A stretch of DNA of 56,058 nt, filler included, from Bipalium vagum (GCA_037834085.1; 3 parts of 3 records of this genome joined end to end with filler, not necessarily neighbours in it); one strand, 5' to 3'; counted from the whole stretch's first letter, positions 38,628 through 54,300 are shown. Numbers and translations are program-made. Notes: generated by a model from the sequence alone, not told the origin.

Positions 38628-41600
38628 ACTTTGAGGAATGATTGTGATTTTTTTTGTTATTCTTGTAATTGAATATATTGAATAAAAACGCTAATGACTT
38701 TTGAATCAACCTGGTATTACTATAACTTCAGTTTCATTACCTTTTAAAAATATATGTTTAATAAACATAATTAAAAAAAATTTCTGATAATTGATGGTAA
38801 CTACTATGTTATCAACAGTTTCTGAATTCATAAAGTCAAGATTTGGTAAAATTTTTATTCGATGAAAATAATTGAATAGTTTGAAAAAAATATTCACTTT
38901 TATTATTTACTTAAACAAATTAATTGTCTAAAACTTTTATTAACATTAAATTAATTATTAATTTTTTTAAAAATTACGTTACGTAAAATTTTACGTAAAA
39001 GATTAAATTTTACTATATTACTTTAAAATTTATTTTACAAATAATTATAAATTTTTTATTATTTAATATCAATTAAAATTTGATCTTTACAGTAACAGAT
39101 AAAAATAAAGTGCCAAGAACAGACATATTTAGTGAAATATAAATAATATTTTCACATTTTTTATTTTACTGAAAATCGAAAACTTATGCTAATTGAGCAT
39201 GATTTTCGCATAGAAAAAAACTTTACTTGTCACACAATAAGAACAATAAATGATACTGTTCATAATTTCATAAAAACTACGTAAATTTATTAAAACAGCA
39301 TTAATTTCTACTTGTGTTGCTCAATAAAATCGTTTAATCGTCACGGAACTCTTGTTCGATCAGTGTCAAACACTCATTAATTTTAATTTTGCCTTTTTAA
39401 TTGCGAAGAAAATTTGCTCGGAAATTTTGAAATCTTTTTCCAAAGAGTGAACTTAATTTATACAGGAAAGTTGAATTGGAAATTTTTTAACAATTCAATT
39501 AAACTTTATAGTCGATATTTAAATATCAATTTGCTTTTGCCTTATCACAATGGCCAATTTTATTTTGAGAATCATTTTAATAAAAATAATGATAATTTAT
39601 TGAAGGCGAAGAGACACTTTAAAAGAGAAAAGTTATGACGAAATGATTTTGAATTACAATTTTTTCCCCCAATTTCTCTCAACCGCTTTTCCCATCAATA
39701 TTGTTGGATAATCGTTTTAGATTTGCATTCATTTTCATGTAATTAATTCCAACAACAAATTGATAATATTATTCGGAATATTTTCTTGAGGAGAAAATAA
39801 AAAAATATCTGCCAAAAAGTTTATTTTCGTTTTTGTTTTAGTAAGATTGAAAAACAATTTCTTTTAAATCATGAAAATCCAATGAAGTTTTGTTGAGGTT
39901 TTTTTCAAATTAAATTAATAATGATATAAATAAAAATATTTTTTTCGTTTTATTTATATTGAAAATTAAGCACGTGTCATTATTACCAATAAATAAATAA
40001 ATAAAAAATTTCAAAAATAAAAATATCATCTTTTTGATCTTTGCCGTGTTGATATTACTCGATAATTTTTATAATTATTTCTTTGTTTAAAACTTTACTT
40101 GTAGAGTTAAAAAATTAAAACAAGTAAAATTGAAATGTCTCAAATATAAATTCTAATTTTACAAATGTCAAATTAATCACATTTTATAGAAATATTTGAG
40201 TGTAAATCTATCGCTTAATATCGGTCTGAGACATGGATTAAGAATGTGAAATTGAAAATAATATAAATATAATTTTAATACAATTTATAAATAAATTTGT
40301 TTGAGAAAAAAATGCGAAAAAAAACAATTTTAACAAGTTTCATAAAGATTGTAGATTCACATTTGATTTAGGTTTTGCATTTTTCTATAATCTACAGTCA
40401 ACTTAAAATATAATAATTATTTAATTAAATTATAATTAAAACTTTCAATTATAAATTCTAATTTAAACAAAATAAAGTCATATTTCCTTTGAGTATGATA
40501 AGATTAGTTTTAAATTAACAATTAACAATTAAATATAAATTTATATATAACATAAATGATATTTCTGTAATATTATAATATTCCTTTAAAGAACAAATCA
40601 AATCAAGTTGAGCTATCAAATATCTTTACTTATGTAAATTTTTTATGCTAAGATTTCAGACTTATTTGTAAAGCATGTGTTTATGCTCGACCCACAGAAT
40701 TTATCGCCAGTCCTGGGGAAAATACCAATCTCGATGAAATTATTGATTATTCTGATTATCTTTTTCCATTATCATTTTAGAAAATATTCATTTAAATTAC
40801 TTTTTTCATTGGAAGAGTATATATCAAATATTAATAGTAATTAAATATAATATTATATATATTAAATATTACTTAAGTAATTAATTATTATTATTATTAT
40901 AGATTTTTTAATCTTTCGTCTGGCCATGGTAACAATTTGGTCTATGTTTTATTTTACAATCATTTAGGATTCTTTAATTTTTTAAAAATACTTTACTCAT
41001 CCTACAAAAACTTCACATCATAAGATGGACCGCTCTTAAGGAAACTAAATGTGTAAAGTCATAACTTATGTTTGATAATGAATTGAATTTGAAAATATTA
41101 GTGAACATTTCAAAAAATGTATAACTAGTAAAGTACTGGATCATACTATTAGTTGTGAAGAAGTAGATAAAAATATGCCAATGAAAATGAATTTTTGATA
41201 TAATTGACAATTTGACAATTACAAAGAAAAATTTGGAAATCATTAGTGATCAAAAAATTGAAACCGGAAATTAATTCAAAAAATTGAAGAAATAAAAATC
41301 AATGTTTTCCTTAATTAATATTTATTTCAATTTGATTGATTTAAAATTTTTAAAATATCAATAGTTATACTTTAAAAATATTATATTAATATTTATAAAA
41401 AGTTTTGAACGAAAAATGTTAATTTTTGAAAATGTTTATAATAAATTCTTATTATTTTTTTATCCAATATATATCTGTTCACTGGCAGCCAGTTATGATC
41501 ACTTTTGGTTCTTTTGAGGTTAAGTCAATCATCGCTGTTGGTATCGAGAACAAAGTGTCTGTCTAGCTGTCTCGATTGAGATCGTACGGTTTTCCAATTC

Positions 41601-41699
41601 TAACTGCGGGAGAAGATGTGAAGCATAATGTTAAATTTGAAGAATATTTTGTGGGAGTCAAACACCCGACAATAAACTTAATAAGATTTGTGAAAATGG

Positions 41700-42250
41700 T
41701 AAAGCTACGAAATCTACCATTCTTATTGAAAAGTATTTAATTAGAACAATGTTATTTCTAGTTGTTTTCTTCATTACGTAAATCGTAAATAAAATTATAC
41801 ATGCGCTATATGAAAGACTTCTCGAAGGTCACAGACAACCAATAAGACCTCAGAAGAAATAATTATTGACTGCTGACATGATGAAAAAAAGATATATTTT
41901 GGTCAAAAAAATAGGTGAGTCGGATGGTTGAAGATTTGAGAAAATGTTATTTTCTGATGAAAGTTATTTTTTGTATAAACATAGAGATCCCGTTTTGTTA
42001 GGAAAAGTGTCAAAGAAATATTTACGACAGCTTATTTGGTACATTAATATTAGACAATGTTTGGACTGCTTTTTTATAAAAGTATTAGAAGGTAAAAGGC
42101 TTGATGAATTCTCAGAGTTAGAAAGATTTAATGAAACAAAGATCGGAAGCTGAACTACGAAAGTGAATGCCAATAGGCAAGTAGTTTTTTAACAACATCC
42201 TGCTTATAAAGTTATAAACCCAAGGGAGAACATATTTCAAATTAAAATTT
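41700..42250 (+). mobile_element. decayed Tc1-like relic
   Basis: FEKMLFSDESYF at ~41935-41970; boundaries approximate. Confidence 0.45.
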
Positions 42251-42346
42251 AATTTAATTCCCTTGTTTCATTATAAAAAATAAATAATTTCTTGATGTTG
42301 TTAACCTGTATCATAATAATTCCGAAAATACTGTAGCAGCATTGTA

Positions 42347-43320
42347 CAGGGTGATTCATAAGTGACGAAAATTTTTAATACTTAATTTTATGAAGTTAAA
42401 TTTAAATTATATAACTTTTTATGATATTTTTCTAAATTAATTTTGGAATATTTATATTTTCAATAAATATAAAAATTTTATTTTATTCAAGATCATGATA
42501 TTCTTTGAAGATCGAATTTTTCTTATAAATTTTTATTATTCAAGTGGAAAAAGTCTAACAACAACTTTGCATAATTTTAAGAAACGTTGTCTAATAAAGG
42601 AACCATTCACAACTCAGAGCATAAAACTGGTTGATAAATTCGAAAGAACAGGTAATGTAATTTATATGGGTAAATCGGGGCAATCATCTATGGAAACATT
42701 TCAATCTCAATTCTTTCATCTTCCAAGAAATTGTGAATGGTAAATGTTATCTTTCAATGCTTATAGATTATCTTCTCCCGGAAATAAGGAAAAAACGAAA
42801 ACAAATTTCGTTCAACCATGTTAATGTAGGATGATGCACCTGCACATATATCCTGTTATATGAAGGCCTTCCTATCAGAACAAATAAATGCCTGGTATTA
42901 TAGTGGGTATTGCGACAATTGTTTAAGTAGTTTTGACAACTTTAGACAGTTAATTAATTTAATTATGATAGCTAAAAAGTATTTAAAATTAAATATGTGA
43001 TTTAAGGCTTTGATGTCACATGCAAGCAACAGTGTATCACTAGGATTCACCAAACACCAAAGAAAAGTTAATTTGTCGTGTCAGAGATACAGTAAAAGCC
43101 ATTCCATACCATACAGTTGCAGCACCTATTGATTCTTTGGTCCACAGACCTAAATCCGTTATCTCAGAAAATGGATGGCACTTTGACCATTTATCATGAC
43201 TTTACAATATTCCGTGTTAGGATTTTATATTTTAATAAACCGTACTTTAGTATCCCTACTTTTTAGTATATTATTTTTTGAATTTGAGTTTTAATTTTGC
43301 GTCTTTTATGAATCACCCTG
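42347..43320 (+). mobile_element. internally deleted Tc1/mariner-superfamily element with TIRs
   Basis: TA|CAGGGTGATTCATAA..GACG pairs with CGTC..TTATGAATCACCCTG|TA; interior KLVDKFERTGNV, DDAPAHIS and a C-terminal ENG.HFDHL. Confidence 0.8.
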
Positions 43321-44459
43321 TATAATATACTTGTTTGTTACGAAATATTATATAATTAATTGATTAAATATTAAAAATTAGAAAAAATATTTTTAATTAA
43401 CATGTTTTTACCATTAAAAAAACTGTTTTAAATTAAAGTTATTATTCAGTATAACACCCATTAAGATCAATAAAATTGGTCCAACTATTCTTCTATCATT
43501 TTTTTACCGTTTTGAAGGTAATTAATTTTGCTTATTAAAACTGATGCTAGCACCTTTTTTATTAATCTAGTTCGTTTGGGTTGCTTTAAAACTGAAGTAC
43601 CACCTCATATTCAGATTCATTGAGATAAACGCAAGTTTCATTCATAATAATAAACTTAATAAAAAAAAATTTATTTTAGCTAAAACAGCTTAACTACTGA
43701 TGAATTTTATTTCAATGATTTTAATCTTCAGTTAACAAAATCCTAAGCAAGATATGAAACACTTATCCAGATTAAATTATCACAACCAGAGAAATATCAA
43801 AAAATTAATCCCGCATGAATATATTTTATATTTTTTCTATCGTAACAGATTTTAAAAGGCCAATGTTTATGCGATCTCCTTTGAATTCACCTAACTAATT
43901 CTATTTTTACAATACGATGGTATATCGTCTCCTAGAATATTCACCATAGTCATCGAAAATATTTATATCTGTTAAAGCTTTTTATACAATTATTTATTGT
44001 GCAATGCTTAATTTTTTCCAATTTTGAAATAATCAAAGATACGTTCAATAAAACAATCACTATCAATAGAGAATTTGATATATCAACTTCTAATTTTAAA
44101 TAGACATAAAATAATCTTATTAAAAATAGTGTGGAGCATTCCAAAATAACAACATTTCTTAATGAATAATTATTTTTGTGATTTTCTTTTTATTTATTTT
44201 TATCTTTGTAATATGGGATCATTAAGAAAAATATAATAATTATTATTATCTTTATTATTTATTATTAATTACTACCAAAAAAACAAATAAACAAAGGATT
44301 TTTATAGAAAATAGAAATTACTACTATATAGAAATAAATGTAAATAAAATAATATGTTACTAAAAATAGAATTTAGGTAAATAAAATAATATGAATTTCT
44401 AAAAATAATGTTTATGTTTCTAAAAATAGAAATTATACCAAAAAATATGTATATAAGTC

Positions 44460-44640
44460 CACAACAACTAGTAAAAAGACGCACAATAATTCTCACCAAG
44501 GGCTCAGTAATTCACACAAAGGACACTAAAAGAGACAAGCGAATATTCAGCAGAAAACGGTTTCAAGCATCACAATAAGGACGAATTATTCTAGAAAATT
44601 TCAAGACGTGGTGGACAATTAACATTTACAAAACTTACTT
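44460..44640 (+). mobile_element. possible Merlin/IS1595-like transposase scrap
   Basis: KGSVIHT followed, in another frame, by ENGFKHH..NYSRKFQD loosely resembles the ISXO2 GS.IHTD...H..VNHS..F motif. Confidence 0.25.
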
Positions 44641-47600
44641 GACTTGATATTATTATTAACTAAAACCTCTTCTAAATAAGTGCTCGAAGCTTTTCAAGAA
44701 TCAAATAAATTTTTATTTTTTCCTTTTCCTTCCGTTTTATTTTTACAATTGACACAGCCGCTAGCTGGTAAATTGCTGAGGACTTTTGAGCATTAAACTA
44801 AGTTTGTGCCAAAAGATATCTGTACTTGATAATCCCATAAAGAGTTTAATTGTAAAAATCCGATTTGCGAATAAATATTTTAAAACCATATGTGTTCTCT
44901 TAGTTCATTTGAATTTTTATTTGATCGTTTATTGTGGCAGTGATTTTTAGATTTGTGCTTGAACGTTCATCCGTAAACCCTTCTGATAATAAAAACTTTG
45001 TTAGGTGACCTAAAAGCCCGATTTTGATCTTTTTAGGAACTTAACAATAGTACATAAATTAACTGTAGTTTTGCTGTTTTTGTGTGAAGCTAAAAATGTT
45101 TAAGTAACCAAGAATAGTTTTTGCTGTATTTTTCCTGAATTGTCAAATTTATACCTTAATGCAATTCAGCTAAAATGGATATCTTTTATTTTTTTATACT
45201 TAGTTTTAGAAATTCGTGGATGATTGTCACAAAAAAGTTAACGAAACTTTTATATAATAATATTCTTCAGAGTAACATTAAAGTGTAATGATTGACTTGA
45301 TTGTTCCTGACTATCAAAAAGAAATCATTTTTCTGTAATTACAAAGTTAATAAACTGTTTTTATTTTCTGAATCAGGAAAAACACGCTTAAATCGGTCGG
45401 AAAGGAAACCATTTATCTCGCTTTTCCGGTTTCAATAATTTTCAAATGTAGATAAAGTATTTCAGTTTTAACATCTGTTTGCAATGTATCTGGATGTTGT
45501 GCTTGGATTTTTCTACAGCAATGGTCCGAATATCATTACCAACCACTTCATCGATGGTTTTATGGCTTAGATTTTGAAGATTCGTTAATCAGGATGAAAT
45601 GAGTTTCATCAACAGAATCTTATACATTTCTTCAAATCATTTTATCCATTTTGAACTCCTTCGGTTACTATTTTAATATCATAATTAGAATAAAGTTAAA
45701 ACAAAAACTACAGAAAAAGTTTTAAAAAAGTATAAAATTTAAAATAAATTTTTTTTTAAAATTTTTTATTTAAATAATGATTAATATTAGCACTTCTGAA
45801 ATATTTCTAAATTTGAATTTCCCAGAATTTATAACCTCACGAAAATATGCTACTTTTCTCTATTATTTAAAAGCCTTTTTCAAAATAATTTTATATAATA
45901 ATTTCATTTTCATGGTTAAAAACTTTGTAAGAAGTCTAATTTTTGGACTTTATAAGAATGAAAATGTCTTTTAATTTATAAATCCTTAATTTATATTTAA
46001 AATTTTTTATATTATATATATTATTTTATATATAAAAATCATTTTGAAATTCCTTCTATCCTTAATGTCTATAAAAAAATGAAATAAATTACAATAATAT
46101 TTAAAATATTAAAAAATAATTTATATATTAATATTTTTTAAAGATGTTAAAATTAAAACCATAAATTTGTAAAAATGTAAATAAATATTCAACTTCTAAA
46201 CGTATTCCAAGAAATGAAATCAATATTTCTGAATGACAAAAACTTAATTTATTGAATAAGAATATTAAAAATTCGCAATGAATTAAAATAACACTACACA
46301 TATTATAAGACAAAAATTCCAAAATATTATTTCTTATTTTAAATATTTATTCATACGTATTTCAATTCACTTAAATATTTTTATTTTATTTTCAATTAGC
46401 GTTTCTTTTTCTGTTTTCATGATTTTGAGAAAATATGTTAAATTAATTATTTCCTTTAAATAAGTAAATATAATTATAATTTTCAATTAGTTAAATATCG
46501 AAAAATAATTAAAGTGGTTTATAATATTTAATAAAATAATTAACAATTTTAATTTTATTTACCAGAAATAATTACAAAGTGAGAAATTATTTTTTATTAT
46601 TAATATTTCAGTCAGTGACTCATTAAAGAAAATTAAATGAGTTGATTTCTAAAATTTTAGAAATATAAATGTAAAATATTAAAAAAAATTTATAGTATTA
46701 TTTTAATTTTTTTAATACATAAAACCTGGTTGAAAAATGATTATCACTCGTTCTATTTTGTTTCGTTTAAGTAAAGATTCACAGCAGTTAATAATTTTCT
46801 ATCAAATCATGAGGTACACAAACATCAAACTTTCACTTATTCTAATTTCTTCACGTGATTTATTTACTCTGTTAGCTGAAAGATTACAACTTTCTTTGTC
46901 CTTCATAATCAATTTTTTTATTTCATTTATTTTACCTCTGATTGGTCAATTAGAAAGGGATTGATATCCTCAACAAAGTTTTAAGCCAAAATTGAATAAT
47001 GTTTTATTATGTAGTAGTCCTAATCAGTTATGATGCTTCGTGATATGTATTTTATTTTTTCATATTTTGCTATAAAATTAAAAAATAACGAAATTATTTT
47101 AATTTTAATTGGTTTTCAATATTTATTTAAAAAATTAACAAACTAAAATTTAAATGTTTTGTTTTAATGGAATGAATCCAATTTCTGTAATCATATATGA
47201 TATAAAATATTTTTATTTTATGAAGTGTTCAGGTTTAGTTAATATTGAATGTCGCTTAGCCTTAACTGAACAAAATTTATTTTTTTACTTTTTAATTATA
47301 TTTGAACTTTGACCTGGCCTATAAGAACGAGGAAGTGTTATTAATAGGACAGAAGTACAATAATTAATTAAATCAGACGAAATATCTTTTTATACTTTTA
47401 TTTGATAACTGACCACAATTGCAAATGAATTCTTTTTTAATAATTAAAATTATTATTATTTACTGAAGAAGATTTTCCAATGCTTTCTTGATACTGAAAC
47501 TCGAATCCATTCTCTGTATATAATGAAATCAGAGTCTGTACTCCAAAGGTAAGTAGAGGTGAATAGGCAATTAAAATAAAAATGACGAATAGTAAAAAGG

Positions 47601-49704
47601 TCAATATCTGCAATTGACTTAATGAGATATCGATAACTGATTTTACTAGTTCGTAATTTCTCAGTTTTTTGAATTTTTAAGAACTAATCGGTAAATTTTG
47701 ATCAACGAGGAAGGAATATACTATGGACTTTAAGACTGAAAAAATTTTCAATTCCCAAGGAACAGTTCTGTCCTGTCTTAATGACGAAAATGAAAGCTTT
47801 TATACTGTTTATTTTTGTTTTCCAGTAACTTCATTGTCTACTAAATTTTGAAAAGCCTTTAATTTTATAATTTACTATTTTTAGTAACAAAAATTATTAA
47901 TATTATTAATTGTCCAAAAATTACTATCTTTGATATTTACTAATTTTAGTAAATTTTTTCAAAAAATTCTCATGACTTCTAAATAATTTTTTGGATTTTT
48001 CCGAAAATCAAAAGTAAGATCAAATTTTTTATTAATAATAAATATTTTAATCAATGATATATTGTCCTTTTTGTTCTAAGACCTTCCGCCATCTATCAGG
48101 CAATTTGAATTTCCCAACCTTTACAAGGTATTCAAGAAATATATAGAAAATTATTCAGAAATATATAGAAAAACTATTCGATTGTTTCTGTTTGAATTTG
48201 TTGTTTACCAGAATTTGTAAAAATCAAAAGAGATGGAAAATGCAATAAAGATGCTTGCTAGCTTATGTCGAAAGAAGCGAACCTCGATTAATAAAAATAT
48301 CCTAAAAACGATTCATCGAGATTTGGAAAATGACTTAATTGCTTTAAATTAAAAGATTTAAATTAAAGATTTAAAGATTGGTTAAAAAGCGAAGAGACTT
48401 TTAGAACAAAAAAAAACAAAGCTTAATATGTTCTTTTTTTTAATTATATATCCAAATATTGGTTTGAGAAAGATAAATTAACACCAATTCACAACAAAAA
48501 CTTTTAAGTAAAGAAAGAAACTCACAATCATCCTTCATATTAACTAGGTTTTAGGTTGAGAAATCAAGGTCCATCATTAAATTACCCTTATATGATTTTT
48601 GATGATTCTGAATTTTGGGAGTATGTGTGGATTACACAAAAGATTTTTTAGTCAACAACAAAAAAATAGTTTTAATAAATAAATTTATAATATAAATCAA
48701 ACTTGCATACTACTGATTTATTTTCTATTTGATCAATTTAAAATATCAAAAATGAACAAATTCAGGAAATATTTTTTCAATGGTGTATTGTAAAATAAAG
48801 ATTTTGGAATTCAATTTAAGTTTGACATGTGAAATAAAATATTTTAAAATTTTTTCAGATTTCAGTTATTATTATGCTGTTTAAATTCATTAATACTAAA
48901 CTTTATCATTTTATGTTGGTTTGCTATATAAATTGTTTATCATTTCAGAGAGACTCATAAATTTTAAATTGAAAGTAATAAATTATTTTGACACATGTTT
49001 CATTGTTCAGGTCTTAAATTAATTAATTTTTTTATATTCCACAACTTACTTTACGAGAGATATTCTTTTAATTTCTTTCAAATTCATGAAGGTTTCAATT
49101 CAATTTAAGTTTATTAGAAACCATTTTTTGTCTTTGTTCACTTATTTGTTTCATCCATTTTTACAATTTTTAATGTTATTATTATCTTTTTCACTATTTT
49201 TTATTACATGAATTAATTACATGATATTATTTAATTAAATACATTTTAATAATTTTATTAATCAAAATTTTATATTTTAAAACCTGACTCCGGTCAATAA
49301 TTGTTGGCATAATCAGAAAACTCAGTAATACAAAAAGGTGTATCTAAATCAAATTAAAATATCAATTTAGGCACAACAAAATCAAAAATTTAAAAATGAT
49401 ATTGATTACCAAATTTCTAATAAACACAAACGATAAATACAATATTATTATCCATAAAAGAAAACAAATAATCACACCTTAATTATTAGGTAATTTCAAA
49501 GTTAGTAATATTAAAAGAAAACAAAAAGATAAATAACTAAAATTTATAATTAATTAATAGATTATATTTGTTAATAATAATAATTATAGTACTTTTAATT
49601 AATATTTTTAATAATACTATTGCAAAAATAATTTCCTATTAAAATTAACATTATCTCTCTAACGTCAGGCCACAACTGGATTTTTTAAATTATTCTAGAA
49701 AATA

Positions 49705-50689
49705 TTAGTTTTACCGGAAAGTTCTTTCCTATTTTTAAGTAATAAAAGATATGTCTTAAACAGGTTTTAAAATATTTATTCAATAACATAATTCCCATTA
49801 TTATTGACAACTTCTTCACATCTCTGTGGTAGCTTTTTTATCCCATTCCTGAAAAACGATTTGTACTTAGATTTCAAAAACTTAAACAATGCATTTTCCA
49901 CAGCTTCATCCATTTTAAATTGTTTTCCATTTTGGAAATTCTGAAGCACTAAAGATAAGTGGTAATCGGATGGCGCTATATCTGGAAATCTTTACATGTC
50001 ACTGAAGCTGGTTGCCCGGGTTCACAACAGGCTCTTTTTCTTATTATATTATTGAATTTTATGCTTTTTTCATCGCATGCGATGCAAGAAAAATTCATTT
50101 TTATGATGAGAGTAAAGAAGAACAGATAATCAGACGATTTAACAAATTAGAGATTGTCAATTAATGTGGTACCCATCTTGTATACTTATATACAAATACT
50201 AGCCGCTAAATGTGATCTGAGCCGGTTTAACTGTCTAATTTCTCAGTTATCTAAGGATTTGTGAAAAATGAATCTTCTTTAAGCATCGAACGTAATATAT
50301 CCTCATTAATGGCAGAACGTCTTCCGGAACGTGGCCTATCTTCCAGACTGAGATCTCCACTACTAAATCTTCGGAACCAATTTCCACAGGTTCACACGGT
50401 AACTGCGTCATCGCCAAAAGTTTTCGACAAATTTTAATGAGCCTCTGGTGCACTCCTTCTTTTTTTGTATTCACGAAGAATGTAATGGCGAATGTGCTTT
50501 ATCTATTGAATTTTGCATCTAAAATAAATCAATAATTACTGATGAAAAATTAATAAATTGAATGTCAAATGATTAATTTTAATCCATAATTTTATTGCAA
50601 AAAAATGAGTCATTTAACATTTTTTAAAAAAGTTATGAGAAAATAAAATTCCAATTCTGATATCGGAAAGAACTCTCCGGTAAACCTAA
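49705..50689 (-). mobile_element. internally deleted mariner with both TIRs
   Basis: TA|TTAGTTTTACCGGAAAGTTCTTTCC pairs with GGAAAGAACTCTCCGGTAAACCTAA|TA. N-terminus TFGDDAVTV*TCGNWFRRFSSGDLSLEDRPRSGR; C-terminus PDIAPSDYHL...RCEEVVNNNGNYVIE*. Confidence 0.85.
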
Positions 50690-51044
50690 TAAATTCTCGA
50701 GAGAAAAGATCTACCAAGCTCTACATCTACGGATTGAATCGAAAAACATTGAACAGAAAAAAGTCAGTCTCTTCTTTATTGAATTGGATTATATTGAAAG
50801 TCGGAAAATATATTAATCGAGGTTTATTTTACTTTCAATGTTTGCTTATCATACGAAACAAAATTCTTCAATGGGTCCCGTAGAGTTTTGAATCAATAAG
50901 CGACTGTTCAGGATTTAGCGGACGACCCGAAGACCCATTGACAGCTCTGAGGCAATTATTGATGATCATTTTGCTTGGCTTACCATTTTAGTAAACAATT
51001 TAAGCATTTTATTATTCTAAATTTTAATATTTTATTAATTAGAA

Positions 51045-51309
51045 TAGATACTCGAATATAAGTCGAGGGGGAAAAATGGGAAATTCTGTGAAAAACCGTA
51101 TGACTCTTATATAAGTCGAGGTAAAAATATATCCTCTTTCGCAAATTTATAAAATAACATAAAATAACAAGGAAAAAATGTCAATCTTTTGATAATTTAT
51201 TGCAAAATTACAGCCATTACATTGGTTAAAACTGCTATGACTTATATAAGTAGACCCCATTTTTTTATTTTATAGAAAAAAACCTCGACTTATATTCGAG
51301 TATCTACGG
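51045..51309. mobile_element. MITE with CCGTA-type (Tc2/pogo-like) end
   Basis: TAGATACTCGAATATAAGTCGAGG is perfectly inverted as CCTCGACTTATATTCGAGTATCTA(CGG|TA); internal TATATAAGTCGA-like copies at ~51108 and ~51243. Confidence 0.8.
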
Positions 51310-54300
51310 TACCTATTATTTTATTGTGTTAATTCATAAACTTAATTAATTTTATAGTATTGAGTTTGACCTCAGACATTATTGTGATTTAAAGACACTG
51401 AATTATTGTTTAATATGCTTAGTGTTTTGTAGTGAAAATAAATTTTACTGGACTATCTTGATTCTTTTAGTAAGGGTAATATGATAAAAGCTGGTAATTT
51501 TAATTAATGAATAAATTATAATAAATATTTAAAAAGTAATCATAAAATTATTTTAATTTCATAACTTATAATTTGTTCCAAGATCTTTTGCCATCTACTA
51601 TGCAATTTTAATATCCCAACCTTTAAAATTTCTTAAGTGCTTTAAATTAAGATTTAAAGATAGGTATAAAAAAGCGAAGTGACAACAACCCAAGTTTAAA
51701 CAACCCAATGAGTATATATTAATAGAATTGAATAATTTTAAGTTTTTATGTAAGTTCTAAAAAGGTCAAACTATGTACATGTATATTATATATAACTTGA
51801 GATAATATAATTTCATTTGTTTATTCAATAAATCCCAATATTTATCAATAAATTTATGTGATATTATTATTGATAAATATCCTTTGAAATTAACAGTAAT
51901 GAATATTTTTTTTAATTAATTTTTTAATTTTCATTTTTTAACTCTAATTTGTTTATAGAACAACTCTTTTATTATGTACTATTAGGTCTGATAAAATTAT
52001 ACTTTCCCAAAACTTTTTGAACACAATGGTATCTAATATTTATAGACTTCAAAGGTCTGTTAATAAACCTAGCGAATGGAATCAGTAATGAAATTATATA
52101 TTTTAAGAATATTGAAAAGCCTTTTCATGTTTCCGCAAAGTTTCATCCTTTATTATTTTCTAAAAGACAAATATTTTCAAAGGTAATAAGAATTAACTGA
52201 GGAAATGAGAAAAAATGCATAAGAATAAAAGAAATATTATGAGTAAAATATTCGTATTAATATTACCTACATAAAATTAATTATATTAATTAGAGACTGT
52301 TATTTATAAATAAAATATATTAATTTTACGCTCATATCTTTCATTATAATACAGAAAAATAATAAATAATAATTAATTTCAAAATGATAATATAAATAAA
52401 AAATTTTGAAAGGAGAAAAGTTAGATCACATGAATTTATTTTCTTTCGTAAAAAATATAAAATAAAAAAACTTTTATTTTATTTTTTCTTTAATAAAGAA
52501 GTAAAGAGTTGTAAAAAGTATTGTGAAAAAAGAAATAGGGATTTAGTTATGTACAATTATTGATTTTTCCTATAATTAAATCTTTCAGGAATTGTAAAAA
52601 TTTCATTTCAAACAATTAAGTATGGTAAATGAGGTAATTATTGTTTGAACGTGAATTCTCTGAAATAGGCCCACGAGCTGAAGAGCTCGACGGGAAGTAC
52701 AGGAATCTGATGAAAAATTGAATTTATGCTCGATAAGTAATCAATAGGATTAATTGCAAAAATAATTTATATAAAATTCAAGTTCAATGTATTGATTTAA
52801 TTGAATAATTGATGAAACTTCGATTTTCTTTATTTAATATTTGATATTTCATCTCTCTATTTATCAAGTGTATAATGGACTTTTTATGTTCAATAATATA
52901 ATTAAAAATTCCTTTCCATCAAATAATTGTGCAATATTTTTTGTTTATTTAATATTTTAATTTATCATCTTTCTATTAAATGAAAATAGCCAATATTTTC
53001 AAAGAAAATTAATAATCAATTAATTTATGTAATTTGTTTAAAATTTATTTTTCATTCTCATTAATTTGCTTTGAAAAAATTTATTGCCATCCTTCCATCA
53101 ATGGCTCATATGCTAAAGCTTAGTAAATTTTGGAAAATAATTCTTTCTTTTATTTGAGATCAATTTTTGAGATTGTAAATGAATTAGAAATATATGTATA
53201 TAAGTCATAATCTCTTTTAAATGATTGAAATTAATTAATTAGTTAATTAAACATTTAATTAACATTTAGAATTTTTAATTTTTTATAAACATTTTTTACT
53301 GAAAGTTAATCAGAAACTAATTTAAATTAGTAATAATAAAATAAGTAAATATTCAAAAGGTAATTTATTTTGAAAATAAAATTTATAAATAAATTTAGCG
53401 TTAGAATGAAATGATTCATTAATATTTTTATTCAATTTAATAAAATAATTATGTGATACAGAAACCTCATTATAAAACGTATTTTTATTATTAAGACCTT
53501 AGTAACATTTTAATAAAAGCCCATAGAGTAAAATATAGGTGGTTTTCGAAAATTTTATTAAAACTTATATTAATTATTTTAATGGACATATTGAGCAACC
53601 CCAGACTTCGTTAGAACTTTTGTTATTCGTAAAGATAAAACGGACAACATTCGAGCCCTGCTTCGTACTTTTTGATGTTTTGAATGTTAAAAGATATTTC
53701 GCTTCTAGTCCGTGACCATTATAATCATGCTTAATGCACCAGTGATATACGAATAAAGAACAAAGGTATAATATTGAAAAAATAGTTTAAAAAAATACTT
53801 GCATAAAATATCAATGATAACAAAATTAAGACCTATTCCAGTGGTTGACCTATTATTAAGCTATTATTCCAAAAAAATTATATCCTATATTTATGAAGAT
53901 TTAGATTCTAAGTATGAAAGATTACAATATCAAAAAAAGCCTATTAGATCATTTTAATTCATGTCTCAAAGTTTAACAAAAATCTGACTTTCAAACTCTT
54001 GTTAGTTTTATGTCGCTAATTGACTAAGGATAGTCTGAATAGGCCATTCGTGAAGCCTACGATTGTGCATCTAATTGGATTCTGAGTTGCACTAAGAAAT
54101 AAAAAATTATTTGATCCTTAGACAAATACCGTGGATTTTCCGCTTCTGGTCTCGCTTTCCCAGTTTGATATTTCCTTAAAGGAACTTGATGTAGTTGGGT
54201 CCATTCTTTGAAAAAGTCTATAATCCAATTATTGACCTCACATATTATGTACCCGCCGTTAAGATTCTCAAGTCCTCTAATCCATCCGTTTTAATATTAA

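Noticed and set aside
43950-46964. Several 60-75 aa F/I/L/N/K-rich ORFs
   Set aside because: Composition expected from random AT-rich DNA; no motifs or splice support.
50247-50474. ORF with VEIGSEDLVVEI resembling the Merlin IGG...VEIDES motif
   Set aside because: Another frame gives a clear mariner N-terminus (NWFRRFSSGDLSLEDRPRSGR) inside mariner TIRs.
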